The notes under the pieces were generated by a model. The model saw only the letters and a list, made by a program, of their open reading frames with translations, did no database searches and had not been told where the DNA came from. This document shows positions 38,070 to 51,636 of a stretch of DNA of 64,000 nucleotides, piece by piece. The position numbers were made by a program, and so were the translations under genes. Source of the DNA: Eremomyces bilateralis CBS 781.70 (lineage: Eukaryota); NCBI GenBank assembly GCA_010015585.1, contig ML975175.1; one strand, 5' to 3'. Positions within the stretch are counted from its first letter, which is position 1. Each line of letters begins with the position of its first letter.

Positions 38070-41000
38070 CTATCCAGAAATCACCTCCACCAACCCCCCA
38101 TTCTCCCCCCTCCCCTCCCTCCCCCTCTCCCTCTCCACCGCCCTCCGCTGCACCCAGACATTCACCTCCTCATTCCGCCTCAACAAATCCCTTAACCGCT
38201 CCTTCCTCCCCTTCGCACTCCGCTCCCACCCCCGCGTCTCCACCCCCTCATCCACCCACTCGACGCTGAGGACCCGGAAACTGATCCCATCGTGGTTGTC
38301 TCCCCACCGCCGCGACCCAATCCCGTTCCGCGTGTGCGGCGGATACACCGTCAGCGCCGGCAGCAGCTGCAACGTGATGTGCGCGTCGCGCTCCGGCGGA
38401 GGTACCGCGGGGATCAGGGGCGGGGACGTGATGATGTCCCGGCTCCCTGTATCACCGCTGTCCCTCCGCGGTTCCGCCGGCGGGGAAGGGGGGGCGCCGG
38501 GGATCTTGGGCGGGGTCGTTCGCGGACCCGTTGGCGCCGCCGCACTGCTCCCTGGGGCTGCCGCCGCTGCCGTGTCGGCGCTCTGCACGCTCATCCCCGG
38601 CGGCAGGTCGTAGATGATCGCCAGGTCCTCGTCGTCCACGTCCACAAACTCGCCACGGATGAACCCCGAATGCATCGCCGCCGCCAGCACGTCGCTGTCG
38701 TCCGTGTACACCTCCGTGCCCCACAGATTACCGTCCCGACACACGACCTCGCGGTGTTGCGCAGACAGGTAATACCGCGGCACACGGATCGTGTAGGTGC
38801 AGTTGTATGCCTTGGCGCCGAGGGACCGGAAATCCTTCATGGGCTCCGGCACGGACGCGTAGGTCGGTCCGCGGTCCCAGGAGCTTTGGTGGGCGCGCGG
38901 CGGGCGCGCTTTGCAGACGTAGAGCCCGTCGCCGAGGTGGTTGCGGGGGTATTCCGCGACGGTGGAGAGGATAGGCTGGAGGAGCTCTTTGAAGTTGGGG
39001 CGCGGTGGAGGGGCGAGAGTGGGCGTCACAGCGGCGGCGGGGGATTTGCCATTGTGGTGATGATGACGGGTTGGTGCGATGTGGTGGTGGTGGTGTGGGA
39101 CGGGCGTGGTAGTGGGCTGTGGAGCGGTCGGGGCAGCGGCGGAGTTGAATTTGTGCATAAATTGGTTGAGGTTGGCAGGAGACCCCGTCGGTGCCGGGAC
39201 GGATACGGCATCTTCTCCCGCATGGTGATGATGGTGGTGATGAGGAGCAGCGTGATGGTGGTGATGATGCGCCGAGTGGTTCAACTTGGTTCGCTTTGCC
39301 CGCCCCGAAGGATCCGAGGGCGTGCCTCTTCCATCTCCTTTCTCACCTCCCCGTCGCGCACCGTCCTCTTTGGGTCTCTTCGGTTTCAGTCCTCGAGAAC
39401 CGGACCTCATCATATCTGCGCCGTTTCCTTCGCCCGGCATGGGACTCTGGCGGGTCGGTGTCGATATTCCTGGGGCGCCGCCGAGTCCGCCAAGGCCGGA
39501 AAACATACGACCGAATTCGCTTTTGACGTTAGGATCGCCTCCCGGCCCATTGAATCGTGCTTGCGCTCCTTGCACAGCCTGCGGGAGGGGTGATGCGCGT
39601 CCGGTGCGTCGAGTGGCTTCCGGACTGACCCCAAGTAAGGAGCGGGAACGGAGCATTTCCTCTCCAAGCGGTTGCGGATGGTCATATGGATGAGGGCGGT
39701 AGGGGTCATGACCTGCAGCCGGCTCCTCTGCTTTTCGATCGAGCATAGATCCTCCCGACACGTGGCGGTCGTCCATCGGCCGGTATCCATCTCGCTGATC
39801 TTGTGCAACATGTAGTTGCTCAACCGATCTTGCCACGACTTGATCGTATCCGGCATGTCGTCCCACCTCATCCGCCCTTGGCGGCATTCCAGGGCCTGAA
39901 ACATTCGGTGTTGGTACCGATCGTGGAGGCTGCCTGTATTCCTCCGGAGAGCGGCGACTGTCGCGGAATGGGTCTTGCGGTGGCTCCTGGCGGAGGACCG
40001 GGCGTCCATATGCATCGCGGGGCGAGGCGCCTCCCGCAGGCGGTCGCGCATCTCGGGGAGGACTATATGCCGACTGTGAGACCGGATGGACCGTGACTGG
40101 CCGATCTCGATCATTCCCCGGGCCTCCATAGTGGTCCTCTCGGGGAGCACCGTAGCGTTGATCTTGCGTGGGTCGGCCAGGGCTCGCGTGTGGGTCGTAA
40201 TGAGCTTCGCGCCATCTTGGAGGATACGCTTCGTTTTTGTATGGATCTCGATGGGGCTGTCCGTATCCAGTTGGCTGACTGTTGGGTCGTGGAGGCGAAG
40301 GGCCGTCACCGAACCGTGGTGGCAATCGCTCGTTCGGGTCGAGTGCGTGGGGAGGATGAAACGGTCGGTTATCAGGAGGTGCGCCGTGTGGTTGTGAATA
40401 TGGGTGGCCGAGCCGCGCGATCTCGGGTGATGCAGCAGTCGGTCGGTTGAACGGTTGTGAAGGCGATCCGCTGAAGGGCGCTTCAGAACCCTGCATGGTA
40501 TTAATACCCATCCTCTGCTATTAGAAGAAATAACTATGCGACTCACATGTCTATAAGCCGTATATGGATTTCTCGGGGATGAAGGCGCTTGAGCGGTATT
40601 CGGCGCCGATGGGGGAGATCGATGTTCGGTTCGTGGCCGTCCGGAGTCAGTCCCAAGAAGCGACGATATCGACATGCCACTACCAGCTCGGTTGCTCGAT
40701 GGTGGATTGCTCATGTTGCGATGATGACCAACAAAGGAAGGGGGGGGGGGCGGCGGGCGCGATGTCGCGGGGTTCGATGTGGCGGAGGGTGATGGAGTAA
40801 TTGTTGATCTCGCAGTAAATGGTGGAGGTGGCGGAGGCGGAGGATCTAGGAATTTGTTCAGCAACCGATGCGGGAATTAAAAAACGAATCTTGAGGTAGT
40901 TGATGATAATGCGACTTGCGGGCGAGGTTGCGTAATTCACGGAAGGGAAGCGTACCTTGGGCGCCCTGTGGCGGTTGGCCAAAGTAGTTGGAGGAGCTCG

Positions 41001-42048
41001 CGCTCCCTATTGATCTTCGTCGTTGCTCGTAGGAACCAGGAATGGCTGAATGCGAGGTTATTGATGATGGTGGAGGTGGTGGAGGTGGAGGAAGATGCGA
41101 GGGGTGGTGATGATGGTGATGATGGTGTTGTTGCTGGTGCTGCTGGAGGGGTTGCAGGTTGGAGGTGGACGATGATGCAGGAGCTGCCAAGGTGGAAGGT
41201 TCACGTTAGCAACGCGCACCGCCGTCAAATGAGCCGTCAAATGACCGATGAGTATAAATGGTAATTCTGTGAATCAACGAACAAAGAAAGATGAATGATG
41301 TGCATAGGATGGTTGATCTGGAGTTTCAGCAGGATACAGGCCCAGATAACTCCGAGCTCAGGGAGTGCCGCGCGGGTGAGTAAGTTGGGGAGAACCAAAG
41401 CTCAAGAATTCTCCGGCCATTTCCTTACTCATCCACCATGTGCGGGAGGATTTCGTACGTTGACAGAGATATCCAGCGCATCAGATGAACGACGCCGTAT
41501 GGAAGCTCGGATGTCTGAAACGGCACAGCTTCGGGGATCTGCAGGCGTCTGAAGCTGCAAATCCACCATGCACTTTACCGTCACGAGTATGAAACATGTC
41601 TAAGTAAAAAAATGGCCTGGATGCGACCCGCGCAAAACATGGTGCATTGAAGAATCCAAAGGCCCGAGTAGAGAATATAAACACCGGGTCCAGGGACATC
41701 AGAGGGCATTCGAAGAATCGTAGCGTACGTACCTGCAGGACTTGCCCATGACGGCAACGGTGCTCGCTCTGGGGGGACGCTATACGGTGCTTCCCGCCCG
41801 GGTGTGCCATAACTGCCTTGTCGCTGATGTTGCGGCGCGTTCGGGAAGAACGGATCTCGTTCGCGACGTTGAAATGGGTCCGACATGGGCATATGGATCT
41901 GTGGTTGTGCGGTCGCGTGCGAGTGAGGAGGAAGGTAGGCAGTCGAGCTGGGCGTCGGGTGGGTGGACGGCGGATGGTGATTCGGGTTGTGAATCAGAGC
42001 GCGTTCGGATGGGCGCGACGCTCCGTGTTGCTGCGATCGGTGGTCCAT
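38070..42048 (-). CDS. RXT3: Rpd3L histone deacetylase complex subunit Rxt3-domain protein, 4 exons
   Basis: C-terminal NCTYTIRVPRYYL...LWGTEVYTDDSDVLAAAMHSGF...SRRWGDNHDGISF; MSISSLL motif; long Pro/His-rich low-complexity N-terminus; introns at ~41184-41731, ~40847-40954 and ~40491-40546. Confidence 0.88.
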
Positions 42049-43095
42049 GATGGCCGGATCCTACCCATACACGGTAAATGCGTGGAGTTGAACTTCGTGG
42101 CCGTGGCTACGGGTCGTTCATGGTGGAAGTTGCAGCCGTTGTAGCGGGCAGATGAGAGCCGATCAGACGGTGCGCATCATGATGGCTAGCTTCAAAAGAA
42201 GAGTCGAGTCGCCAAAGAATAAAAACAACCTCATAAGGATATGGGGAAGGGTATAAGCCGTGTTGTCGGTAGTATCATATGGATGAAAGGGAGCGAAGAT
42301 ATTGACGATGCAGATGCAGATGCGAGAGGAAACACACTTTCAAGTTCCAACTTTCATCCACACTCGTTGCCTTACGCATGACACAAGCAATAGCCAAAAG
42401 CGATGCAGAGGGAGCACAAGCAAGAAAATCGCTCTTTCGCCTGAATTGCCCCAATCGTTCAGTCGAGCAGGGAGTCGATGGACCAGGAGGACCGACGAAC
42501 AAAACAAAACGGTGAACGAGGGCAAGGGCCCCTGAATGGCCCCGAATGGAGCCCGGATAGCCCCCTCAAGCCACGCGCCACTTCAAAATGGCGCCAAATG
42601 AAGCCACGGATCTTCTTGTTTTTTTCGAGTCGCCTTGGAGGCCCGGCTGGAAATGCGGAACATCATTCCCTCTCCTTGGCAAATGGTAGCGGGAATTCCT
42701 TGAATCGAGAATTCCCGTGGCCTTGGAAGCGGGGGAGAAGAGACCAGACCACGGACTAGTGAGGATCATCAGGGTAATTCAGGGACTAAGAGTTAAGACG
42801 CCCTGATACAGGATAGAGTCGTGGAATTATTACCACCAATGGGCAGATTAGACCCCGAGGCTGATCGTCATTGCATCGCCATCCACCCACCAGCAACGTT
42901 CTTCCACATGCATGCTCATCAAGTCATCATCCGTCACAACACGCGACAAGATAAGATAGAGATATATCGCCTGGACAGATAAGGGCTCCACGAGTCTACA
43001 TTACTCTGCTTGAACACCTGGGTTGGCACTACAACTGCCGACGACGCAAACGGGATCGTTGAGATCATGCCAGTGCAATCGCGCAGCTGTCAACG

Positions 43096-44645
43096 ATGGC
43101 ACTGCCTGTCCCTGGCTCTCCTGCTGCATCATGGGCAGTATATCGTCAGAAGCTGATAACCGCCTTGGAAGGGCAAAACCCTAGGGTCCTGATCGCCTTC
43201 TGGCTATTCGGTTAGTGTTGCTCCCTTTATTGTTCCCTTCCAGATGCTATTGTTCCCTCTATTCCATGAACCGCGACACCACACTCAACGGTGCGATATC
43301 ACGAAATCCTCGTCGATATCAATCTGGACCTGCCTGATTGACTTGCGTACGGCTCCTAGGCCTCATCAACAATGTCCTCTACGTCATTATCCTCACCTCC
43401 GCCCTCGACCTTATCGGCCCCCTCCCGAAAGCTCTCATCCTCCTCCCCGACATCCTCCCAGGCTTCCTCTGCAAGCTGATCGCACCCTACTTCATCCACC
43501 ACTTCCCATACTCCCTACGGGTCCTGATCTGTGTCTCCCTCTCATCCACCGGGATGCTCCTCATCGCCGTCTCGCCACCCTCTCACAACCCCGTGTCCAT
43601 CGCCGTGAAGCTGCTGGGAATCATGATGGCGAGCCTCAGTAGTGGAGGAGGGGAGCTGACATTCCTTGCACTTACACACTTCTACGGGAAGGGGAGTTTG
43701 GCTATGTGGTCGTCCGGGACAGGAGGCGCGGGGATCGTCGGCGCGGGAGCATATGCGCTGGCCACCGTGACAATCGGGATGTCGTCGAGGACCGCGCTGC
43801 TAGTGTTTGCAACGCTTCCAGCGGTCATGTTCGTGAGCTTCTTCCTCATATTACCGCGAGATGCCTTGGAGACATCAAGCGACCTCCGACAACGCTTGGA
43901 TTCCGGGCAGGACGAGAGCACCGAGGAGCAGGAGGCCTTTCTCCCATCACACTCTCCCTCTCACGACGACGACGACGAGCACGGTATATCCCAAATCGAC
44001 ATTTCCACTGCTCTCACGGCATCGGCGTCGTCCATCACCCCACTGACATCCAAACCTCTTCACTGGACTGCCACCCTCCACTCCCACCTCCAACGGGCTC
44101 GCTCCCTCTTCCTTCCCTACATGCTCCCCCTCCTCCTTGTCTACATCTCCGAATACACCATCAACACCGCCCTCTTCCCCGTCCTCCTCTTCCCTCCCCA
44201 TAGCCCCCGTACCCCCTTTACCCACCTCCGCTCCCACTACCCCACCTACTCCACCCTCTACCAAACCGGTGTCTTCCTCTCCCGCTCCTCCCTCCCCTTC
44301 CTGCGCATCCGCTCCCTCTACGCCCCGACCGCCCTCCAGTCCCTCAACTTTCTCGTCCTCCTCCTCCACGCCCTGTACGACTTCCTCCCCAGCTTCTGGT
44401 ACGTCGCGCCCATCGTGTTCTGGGAGGGGTTATTGGGGGGACTGGTGTACGTGAGCACGTTCGCGCGCATCGCGGAGGAAGTGCCGAGGGGGGAAAGGGA
44501 GTTCAGCTTGGCGGCGACGAGCGTGAGTGATAGTGGAGGGATTTTGGTGAGCGCGCTAGTGAGTATGGTGTTGGAGGTCGCAGTGTGTGAGTGGCAGGTG
44601 AGCCAGGGGAGGCGGTGGTGTCGGATGGTGAAGCCTGCTGGGTGA
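43096..44645 (+). CDS. BTN1: Battenin/CLN3 vacuolar membrane protein (intron ~43211-43359)
   Basis: AFWLF|GLINNVLYVIILTSALDL, SSGGGELTFL, WSSGTGGAG, EYTIN, YQTGVFLSRSS and EGLLGGLVYVSTF motifs. Confidence 0.95.
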
Positions 44646-45773
44646 AGATTCGGAACGGAAGTTATGAAATATGAAATATGAACCTTGATTCCGCCCTATC
44701 TATATTTGGATGTTCTAGATCCCTTTGACAATCGACTATTCAATAGACACAATCTGGACAGCCAATCGTCCTTGGCCACATCCTTCTCTGGACTCTAGTA
44801 CCGGTGATTGCTTGTGCCGAGAACCGTTGTTCGTTCCCTTACTCGACCTTCACTTTCTGCTCGACGCGTGGCTAGTACGCCACTTGCATGCTTTGTGTTC
44901 GACCTAACCTTTTATGGCGCATAGGAATCGAGTTTCGAGTTTCGAGTTTCCGCGTGTTTCGACGGACTATGGCATGAGTACTAATAATGAAACCTCGGGA
45001 ATGGTGCTAAGCCTGCGGTTGGCCTGGGTACCATCATGCTAACATCGTATAGGTTCGTGCTTTTCCTTGTTATTTCCTTGCGAATATCCCCTTAGCCCTT
45101 GAGGCTCGAAGGCTTGATGGCCATCCCGCAGTGCTTAACCGTTCTTGGCTTCCCCTAATTATCAACAACCCCAAACCTGCCCTCTTCCAGCGCCATCCAA
45201 CACCACCATCGAATCACACCGGATTTTGGGCTAGAAGTGGGCGAAATTCGTCAGATTGGAGTAGAAGGTATTCCATAAAAGATTTCACACGAAAATACTT
45301 GTTGGGCGGTTCGCTGTACCTCACCCAAAAGATCGGATCTAGGATGAGACCCCTGTTTACATCCCGGTCATTTGAGGCTTGAGCATTCAGTATTCAGCTG
45401 TCGCCATCAAGGGATACATGTGGGTTGTGAGCGAATATACCCTCACCTACTCACCTTTGGGCTTTGCAGGCGTCAATTCAATTTTATTGTTCTCATTGTC
45501 GGTAGTTGACCGTTAGGCGTCAGAACTAAGCACTCCTGCGATCCATCAAGCATCTGGGGAATATGACCCTGTGCGAACTGTGCGGTCGCCGGTAAGTCGA
45601 TTTGCAAAGCCTTATATCTAGCCAAGGGATCTCAAATCTTGAACAGGATATTAGATACGCCTCCTGAAGACCAAGCCGTAGTTGTGTTCATAGAATTCTC
45701 GTTGATCTAATCCATCAATTCCTGCTTGCCATTCCTGCTTGTGCTGCCCTCGTAGTAAACTCCCCCAAACAAA

Positions 45774-46797
45774 ATGCATTCCCTCCCAAACTTCTCCCTC
45801 CATCTCCTCTCCCTCACTTCCCTCCTTCTCCTTCCGACTTCCTTCGCCGCGGACCAATGCCCCCCAGCAACCATCATCCTCACCCGCGGCTCTGGAGAAC
45901 GACCCACCATCAGCCTCCTCAGTCCCCTCGCCGACTGAATCATCGGCGACAACCCGGGCACCACGTTGCAGCACGTCGTCTACCCGGCGACGGCCGAGAA
46001 CTACGCGGCGAGCACGCGAAACGGCTCGGTGGAAGTGCAGAAGATGCTGCGAGACAACTTCGAGACGTGTCCCTCGACGAAGATCGTGCTACTGGCGTAT
46101 AGCGAAGGGGCGAACGCCCTCGGGGATGCGCTGTGCGGCGGTGGGGTGTTGGACGTGGAAACGGTTGAGCCAGTGGACAGGAAATTCACCGACAAAGGTA
46201 TGTGATGATCCGTGTGGGGTTGAGGAAGGGACAGGGGCTTGGATTGACGCTCGCAGTGGTTGCAATCATCCTTTGGGGTGATACACGCTTCAACACGAGC
46301 GAGACGTTTGCTGCGGGCACGGCCCACCAGAATGGGGTTAGTTTCGATCTCTCGTGAATACCCGCCTCCTCGAGATGGGTTGGTTCTCCGAGTTCTGTGC
46401 TGAGACTATTTAGCTTTTCCCTCGCCCCGCGAATGAATCATGCGAATACTACGCACCGCGCCTTCAGTCGTACTGTGACGACAATGACATGTACTGCGCA
46501 AGCGGCGATAGCGAGGAGGTTCATATATCGTATGCCGATAGGTATAACACGAAATCGCTGGAATTTTGTGAACTCGAAATTGCAGAGGGTAAGGTTGATC
46601 GATGAGAATCCGCCGGGACAGGGCTGATGATTTTCCAGGCAAATGGAACCGTCAGCTCTACTCTAAATTCAGGAGGAGTGCCACCGGCGGCTAGTAAGAC
46701 CGCTCCTACGTCTACGGGCGCGGCGGTGGCGAACGTGGTTCCGCAGTCGGCTGTGGTGGTCGGAACCGTGATGGGTCTCTTCTGTTTGCTCTTTTAG
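45774..46797 (+). pseudogene. GPI-anchored CE5 cutinase/acetylxylan esterase-like gene with a nonsense codon and a frameshift
   Basis: Signal peptide, TRGSGE, VYPA, CPSTKIVLLAYSEGA, FGVDTRF, SYCDDNDMYCASG..H. In-frame TGA at 45936-45938; extra T in TTTT at 46564-46567. The corrected frame gives FVNSKLQR|ANGT...VVVGTVMGLFCLLF. Confidence 0.8.
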
Positions 46798-46829
46798 CTT
46801 TGAGTCCCATGGGGTTTCGCGAATCTGAT

Positions 46830-48850
46830 TCAACTGTCGAGGCGGTGGAATCGTAGATGAGCAGCCATTGCAAACGCGGGAAGTTTGGCCTCGCATAATG
46901 TACAGTCGACGTCGTCGAGAGTGTCGACTTCGTCTTCGTCTTGCCAAAGCGATTCTACTTCTTTTGTGCTGGATTGGGAGAGTCGCATGTCCTCTTCAGA
47001 GCCATATAATTCCATAGTATCGGACCGTTCCATGCTCTTTCCATTTATCGAGGTTTTCTCCATGGCCTGTGGTATCTCAGTATCGATCCTCCAGCCGCTT
47101 AATCGGTCATTTTGGGTCTTGAACATTGTCGAAATGTCTCGACCGCGTCTTATATCAATCTCATTGTCCATGTCAGTGACGCCAACATTGATTAGACTCA
47201 AACAGAATCTGTCCGGGTGCAGCTTTCGAAAGAGGTTCTCAAGTGTCCCTGTAACAAATTGTTCAGCGATTGATGGAACGCTTTGGCCAAGGTCGAAGAT
47301 AAAAGATGGAAGTGGACAGGACCGAGAGGTTCGAGCCCAGGAACGTTCCCCCTCTGTATTGGTTGCGGATGAGAATCTGTCTCTGGTAGACAGTCGAACG
47401 GTCTTTGGGCGTGCTAACCAGCGTCTTTGCTGAGGCTCGTTTTTCTGATGAGATACCCTATCGAGTATGCGCGGCTCGATATCTGTTACCAGATCCACGC
47501 GCATCCGTTTGACCAAGCTGCATGTCAACCTAAGCAGTTCATCATGTACGTCTTCTAATTTTTCGAGCTTCTGGTAGCTGTCCTCAATGCTGATACCGCG
47601 TGGTACATCTCTTGCTTGCGATACATCCGAGTCATCACATCCGTTTAGTAGTTGCCACACCCGCGTTCCAATTCCTCGTTGGGCGCCATGCCCGGAGAGA
47701 AGCCGCTCGAACGCAATGGGATTCGCATCAGGATGCTTAAGGATCTCCGAAACAGTGACGGATTCCGAGGGCTTATGATAATTCAATTCCACTGACTGGG
47801 CAGCCTCTCGTCCGAGCGTGAACGACCGGAGGGCATGTGCCATTTTATGACCAATCCCAGGAATTAGGCCGACCTCATAATTACTTAGGAAAAGGCGGAC
47901 ATTGCTCTTTTCGCGTTCTATTCCCGCGTCATCTTGCAAGTCATCGGCATAGGGCGGCATAAGTGTCGTTCCAGCGCTTGGTTTATGGACGTTTCCGGCG
48001 AGTTTTGACAAGAGCTTCGAAGTCGAAACGCCCACAGTCGAGGTATACCCCTTCTCCTTCTCAACAAGCAGACGAAGATGCTGAGCAAGGTGAGAAGCGA
48101 GATGCAAACGTAGCCTCAGCTGAATGAATACTGGATCAGACCAGTGCTGCTCCTCATCTTCTGCTAGCGGCAGCACCTGCTCTGGAAACGTATGCCCTGC
48201 TGGAACAGACGCGTCAAATGAGAATCCAACAGTGGGATCACTACGCGACATATTGAAAAAGGCGGTCCGGAGGTCGTTATAGTTCAGAAGGCCCATATTG
48301 TATGCTATTATATCAGAGACATCCATGAACACCTAGCACTGTTAGAGGGTATAGCTCAACCCAATATTAGGCATACCTCGTCAAGTCCAAGTCGCTCAAC
48401 CCTTTCATTCCAAGAAAAGGAACGAAGATACTGAAATAGCTCTTTGGACGCATCGCGGAACTTCGTCAAGTCTTCCCCGAGCACGGTGACAACCTCAGGA
48501 CATGTCTTCTTCGCCTCTGTTACCAACTGCAATTTCTGTAACCCCTGATTGTAGGATCAGCTTTGCGGGCACCACTGAGAAAAAATGAAGCACACACCCT
48601 TCTTCGAGCCTCATAGTTACATGTCGCCACGATCTGCTTCTGCTGGACTGCTAATGGGACCCCTTTTAAAGACGGGTTCTCCACCTCGAATACAGAGGCG
48701 TAGAAGCAATCATAGTCCTAACGCAATCAGCACCTCTTCAATAATCAAAGATATTATAAAAGGCTCAAATATCATATTAATACTTACAAAATGTAGTATG
48801 ATTCGGTCATCTCTCCTCGGAGGCATGCGATGCGGTCGGGTCGGCTTCAT
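46830..48850 (-). CDS. Y-family translesion DNA polymerase (iota-like), 4 exons
   Basis: IILHF|DYDCFYASV, AVQQKQIVATCNYEARRR, ERLGLDE|VFMDVS, KLLSKLAGNVHKP, IPGIG; C-terminal UBZ-like CTLC...AAHLRFH. Confidence 0.9.
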
Positions 48851-49187
48851 CGTGACGCGACATATTGCGGGCCTTTGAGAAACCTGTCAATGTTTGAATT
48901 ACTATCATCAAAACGGGACCCTCGCACCCGTTGCTTAATGGCGTCGATTCCCCTATCCAAGGAAATGGTACTGATTAGCAGAAGTCTACTCTGAACGTGT
49001 TCTATTCCCCTCAAGTTTGCCCTTAGTTCTCCATTCCTGGCATTGGGACATTAGATTGTGGCGGAAGACCCATCCGAAAGGGCAGTGGGCGAGCCAAAGC
49101 TGCGCCACCAGTCCAGGGACTAATATCCACCGGGGTGTGAAAATTGACGGAACAGGGGTCTTGGCATTTCAGATTGCTGGATTTCTA

Positions 49188-49534
49188 CGGAGCTGCGTCA
49201 ATAAAGTTTTGGCACACCAAGTACGGAAGTCCATTCAAAAGTTCTTGCTCGCCAAGAAAGTGGCTTGATTATATAAGCCCTTGGAAAGCCGATATCATGG
49301 GCGGTAGGGTGCCTAGCCAACGGGCGGGTACTAGACGCGGTAAATCGAATGTCCGGCGCCCTTGGTTCGAATTAGGCTCTGTGAAACCTAGATTAAGTGC
49401 CTAGTTGATAGGCAGTCTAGTGCCTGTGGTATAGGCCTATAGGGCTCTCGAAACCGCTTATATAATCAAGCCACTATCTTGGCGATCAAGAACTTTGAAA
49501 TGGAGCGTGCCAAAACTTTATTGACGCATCTCCG
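49188..49534. mobile_element. 347-bp Tc1/mariner-type MITE
   Basis: 28-bp TIRs CGGAG(C/A)TGCGTCAATAAAGTTTTGGCAC at 49188-49215 and 49507-49534 (1 mismatch), each flanked by TA; no coding capacity. Confidence 0.85.
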
Positions 49535-49555
49535 TACGCCTCTATCTTTTGATTA

Positions 49556-50783
49556 CTACCCCCACGAGCTGCGAATACGGTTTCCCTCTAGCCGGACGAC
49601 CTCCTCACACCGCCAGCGCATCTCAGATATCCTTGAGCGAATTTGCTGCTGCGTAATACGCCTCCACTCGCGTCGAATCGCCTCTTTGAACTCCTCTACT
49701 GTTTGCCAGTTCCCACCTCGTAGGCGTTCCTTTATAATCTGCCAAATTGCCTCAATAGGGTTGAGATCTGGTGACTGCGCAGGATGGGGTGGGATTGAGA
49801 TACCTACCGCGCGTTTTGCATGCGCTGCTAGATTATTCCAGCTCCGCGTCCCATGGGACGGATCACCGTCTTCTTGTAGGTAAAAGACATGCTTATATTG
49901 CGCCTCGAGCGCCTTGATATGATCAATATGCTTTGGGAGGAAGTTTTGGGTATAATACTTTAGCGTCATCGAGTTTCCTTTGATCTTGATATCGGCCTCA
50001 AGACTGCCCTTTTCAGCGGCTTCCCATGCGTCTTGTACGGCAGCGAATTGTTCCGGGGTCTCGACACTTGATTTCCGAGGTCTCCGAGGTTTATACGCTC
50101 TTTTGGCAGCTGGTTTGACTGGGTCGGAGTAGAAATGGAAGGGCCCTTTTCGATCGTAGGAGATTCCGGCTGCAACGTGAACCGTCACGTCAAGGGGGCT
50201 ACCCCGAGTCTCCTGTATTGATTCAAGGCGTCGAGATTCGCCCGGGACCGTAACTCATATTCCTGTTTATCGGCGAGCTCTCTCGAGTTGAAATGGACTT
50301 CGTCTGTAAAGTAGACCCTTTTCCACCACTGAGTAAGTGTCTTGCCCCGGTGCTCCTCGCCGTAGCCCTTTCGGATCCCCTTATTTATATCACGTATAGC
50401 CGTAGTGCTTGGATTTTTATAGTGCCTAGCGTTAAGCCGTTTTGAGAGGTTCTGATGGAGTGTTGATACCCCAACGCCTAGTTCTTTCGCTTGGTAGTCG
50501 ATGTCCTTATCGTAGAGAGGTTCCTGTGGATCGAGGAGGCGCTGTAGAGTCCGGTTATCGAGTTTACGAGGTCGCCCTCGACGTTTACTTAACCCCCGTG
50601 TACGTTGTACAGCCTCTGGCCCGAGTTCTTTGCGATTCTCAAGCCATCGGATACCTGTAGATGGTAGGATCTCAATACCCTTTTGGCGGCAGATTGAACG
50701 AAAAGAACGACGATTTTTAGACTGGTCGTATAGCCTAAAAAAGACTACTCGACGAGGAGAATCGTATTCTTGTCTTTTTTGCA
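49556..50783 (-). pseudogene. Tc1-like DDE transposase with a single frameshift near 50248
   Basis: GRPRKL, VYFTDEVHF, LQEDGDPSHG and HPAQSPDLNPIEAIW motifs; the two ORFs join as YELR/VPGESRRLESIQETRGSPLDVTVHVAAGISY if one base is restored. Confidence 0.9.
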
Positions 50784-51636
50784 TGATCCGATAAGCATTG
50801 CTGAAGATATTGATGCAAAAGGATTGAGGAAGCAGATATATCTCAGCTGCCAAGACCACTGTTCCGTCAATTTTCACAGTCACAAGCATGTGGTGGTGGT
50901 TTGCGTGGAATGTTTGCATTTTAATGATTTTACCCACCACGGATATCTCGCTCTCATTCCTCCCCCCTTTCCCTCTCTCCTTTCCTTCTTCTTTAGAGCT
51001 TATTTCTAGCGAATCAACCTGTTCAAACGGCTCCCTGAGTGATCCAAGGGTTCATCGATACGGATACTGGCTACTTGGTTGGTGGCTGAACTTGGAGCGC
51101 CGTTCCGGAACCTCCGGTTGGTGCCTGAGTTCACGGACGGAGGGACCTTGAGCACGGAGCAGTCATCAAGCACTCCCCCAACAAAACGGCTTTTCCGGTG
51201 TACAACTTTGGAAGCTGGAGAGTCTGTTTAGATTTACCATTTGGCTCTCTTCATTAGAGAGACGTCTCCAGAGCAAACCTGAATCTAACTAACATCAAGC
51301 GAACATGCAAAAGAGTTTCGGTGGTTCTGTACTCTAGTTCAAGCAATTCTGAGTCTATATACACTGAGCTCGCTCTTCGGAGGGTAGCATACACAGTAAA
51401 GGATCTACTCCCATGTTAATACTTATACGGAATACGAGTCGCTTTATTAATGCAACTTATCAAGTTAATGATCGCCATTGCGGCTGAATGTTGCTCGAGT
51501 ATATTAACCAAGCCACTCGATTGATTTTCAGTCATTGGCGCTGAGCCTCTTCGGAGTTCAAGTTGCGATTCACTTCCTACAAGCTGAAAACTTTCCGTTT
51601 ATTAACTACGTCGTTCCTTTATCCTGACCCTCAACA

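Larger units (their letters stand above)
49136..50878 (-). mobile_element. IS630-Tc1-mariner family element (DD38E transposase) bounded by 31-bp inverted repeats
   Basis: IR TGTGAAAATTGACGGAACAG(G/T)GGTCTTGGCA at 49136-49166 and inverted at 50848-50878 (1 mismatch), with the transposase between them. No TA TSD is visible at these outer repeats. Confidence 0.7.

Noticed and set aside
38292..40864. Long antisense and alternative-frame ORFs over RXT3 (433 and 484 aa), and similar ones over LAM, HMG-CoA lyase and the Atg38-like gene
   Set aside because: Shadow ORFs expected in GC-rich coding DNA; only ~40547-40846 of the 484-aa frame is a real exon
45936..45938. CE5 TGA as a readthrough, selenocysteine or editing site
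   Set aside because: Lacks the TGA-CTA readthrough context and the -1 U editing preference, and a second frameshift lesion indicates simple pseudogenisation
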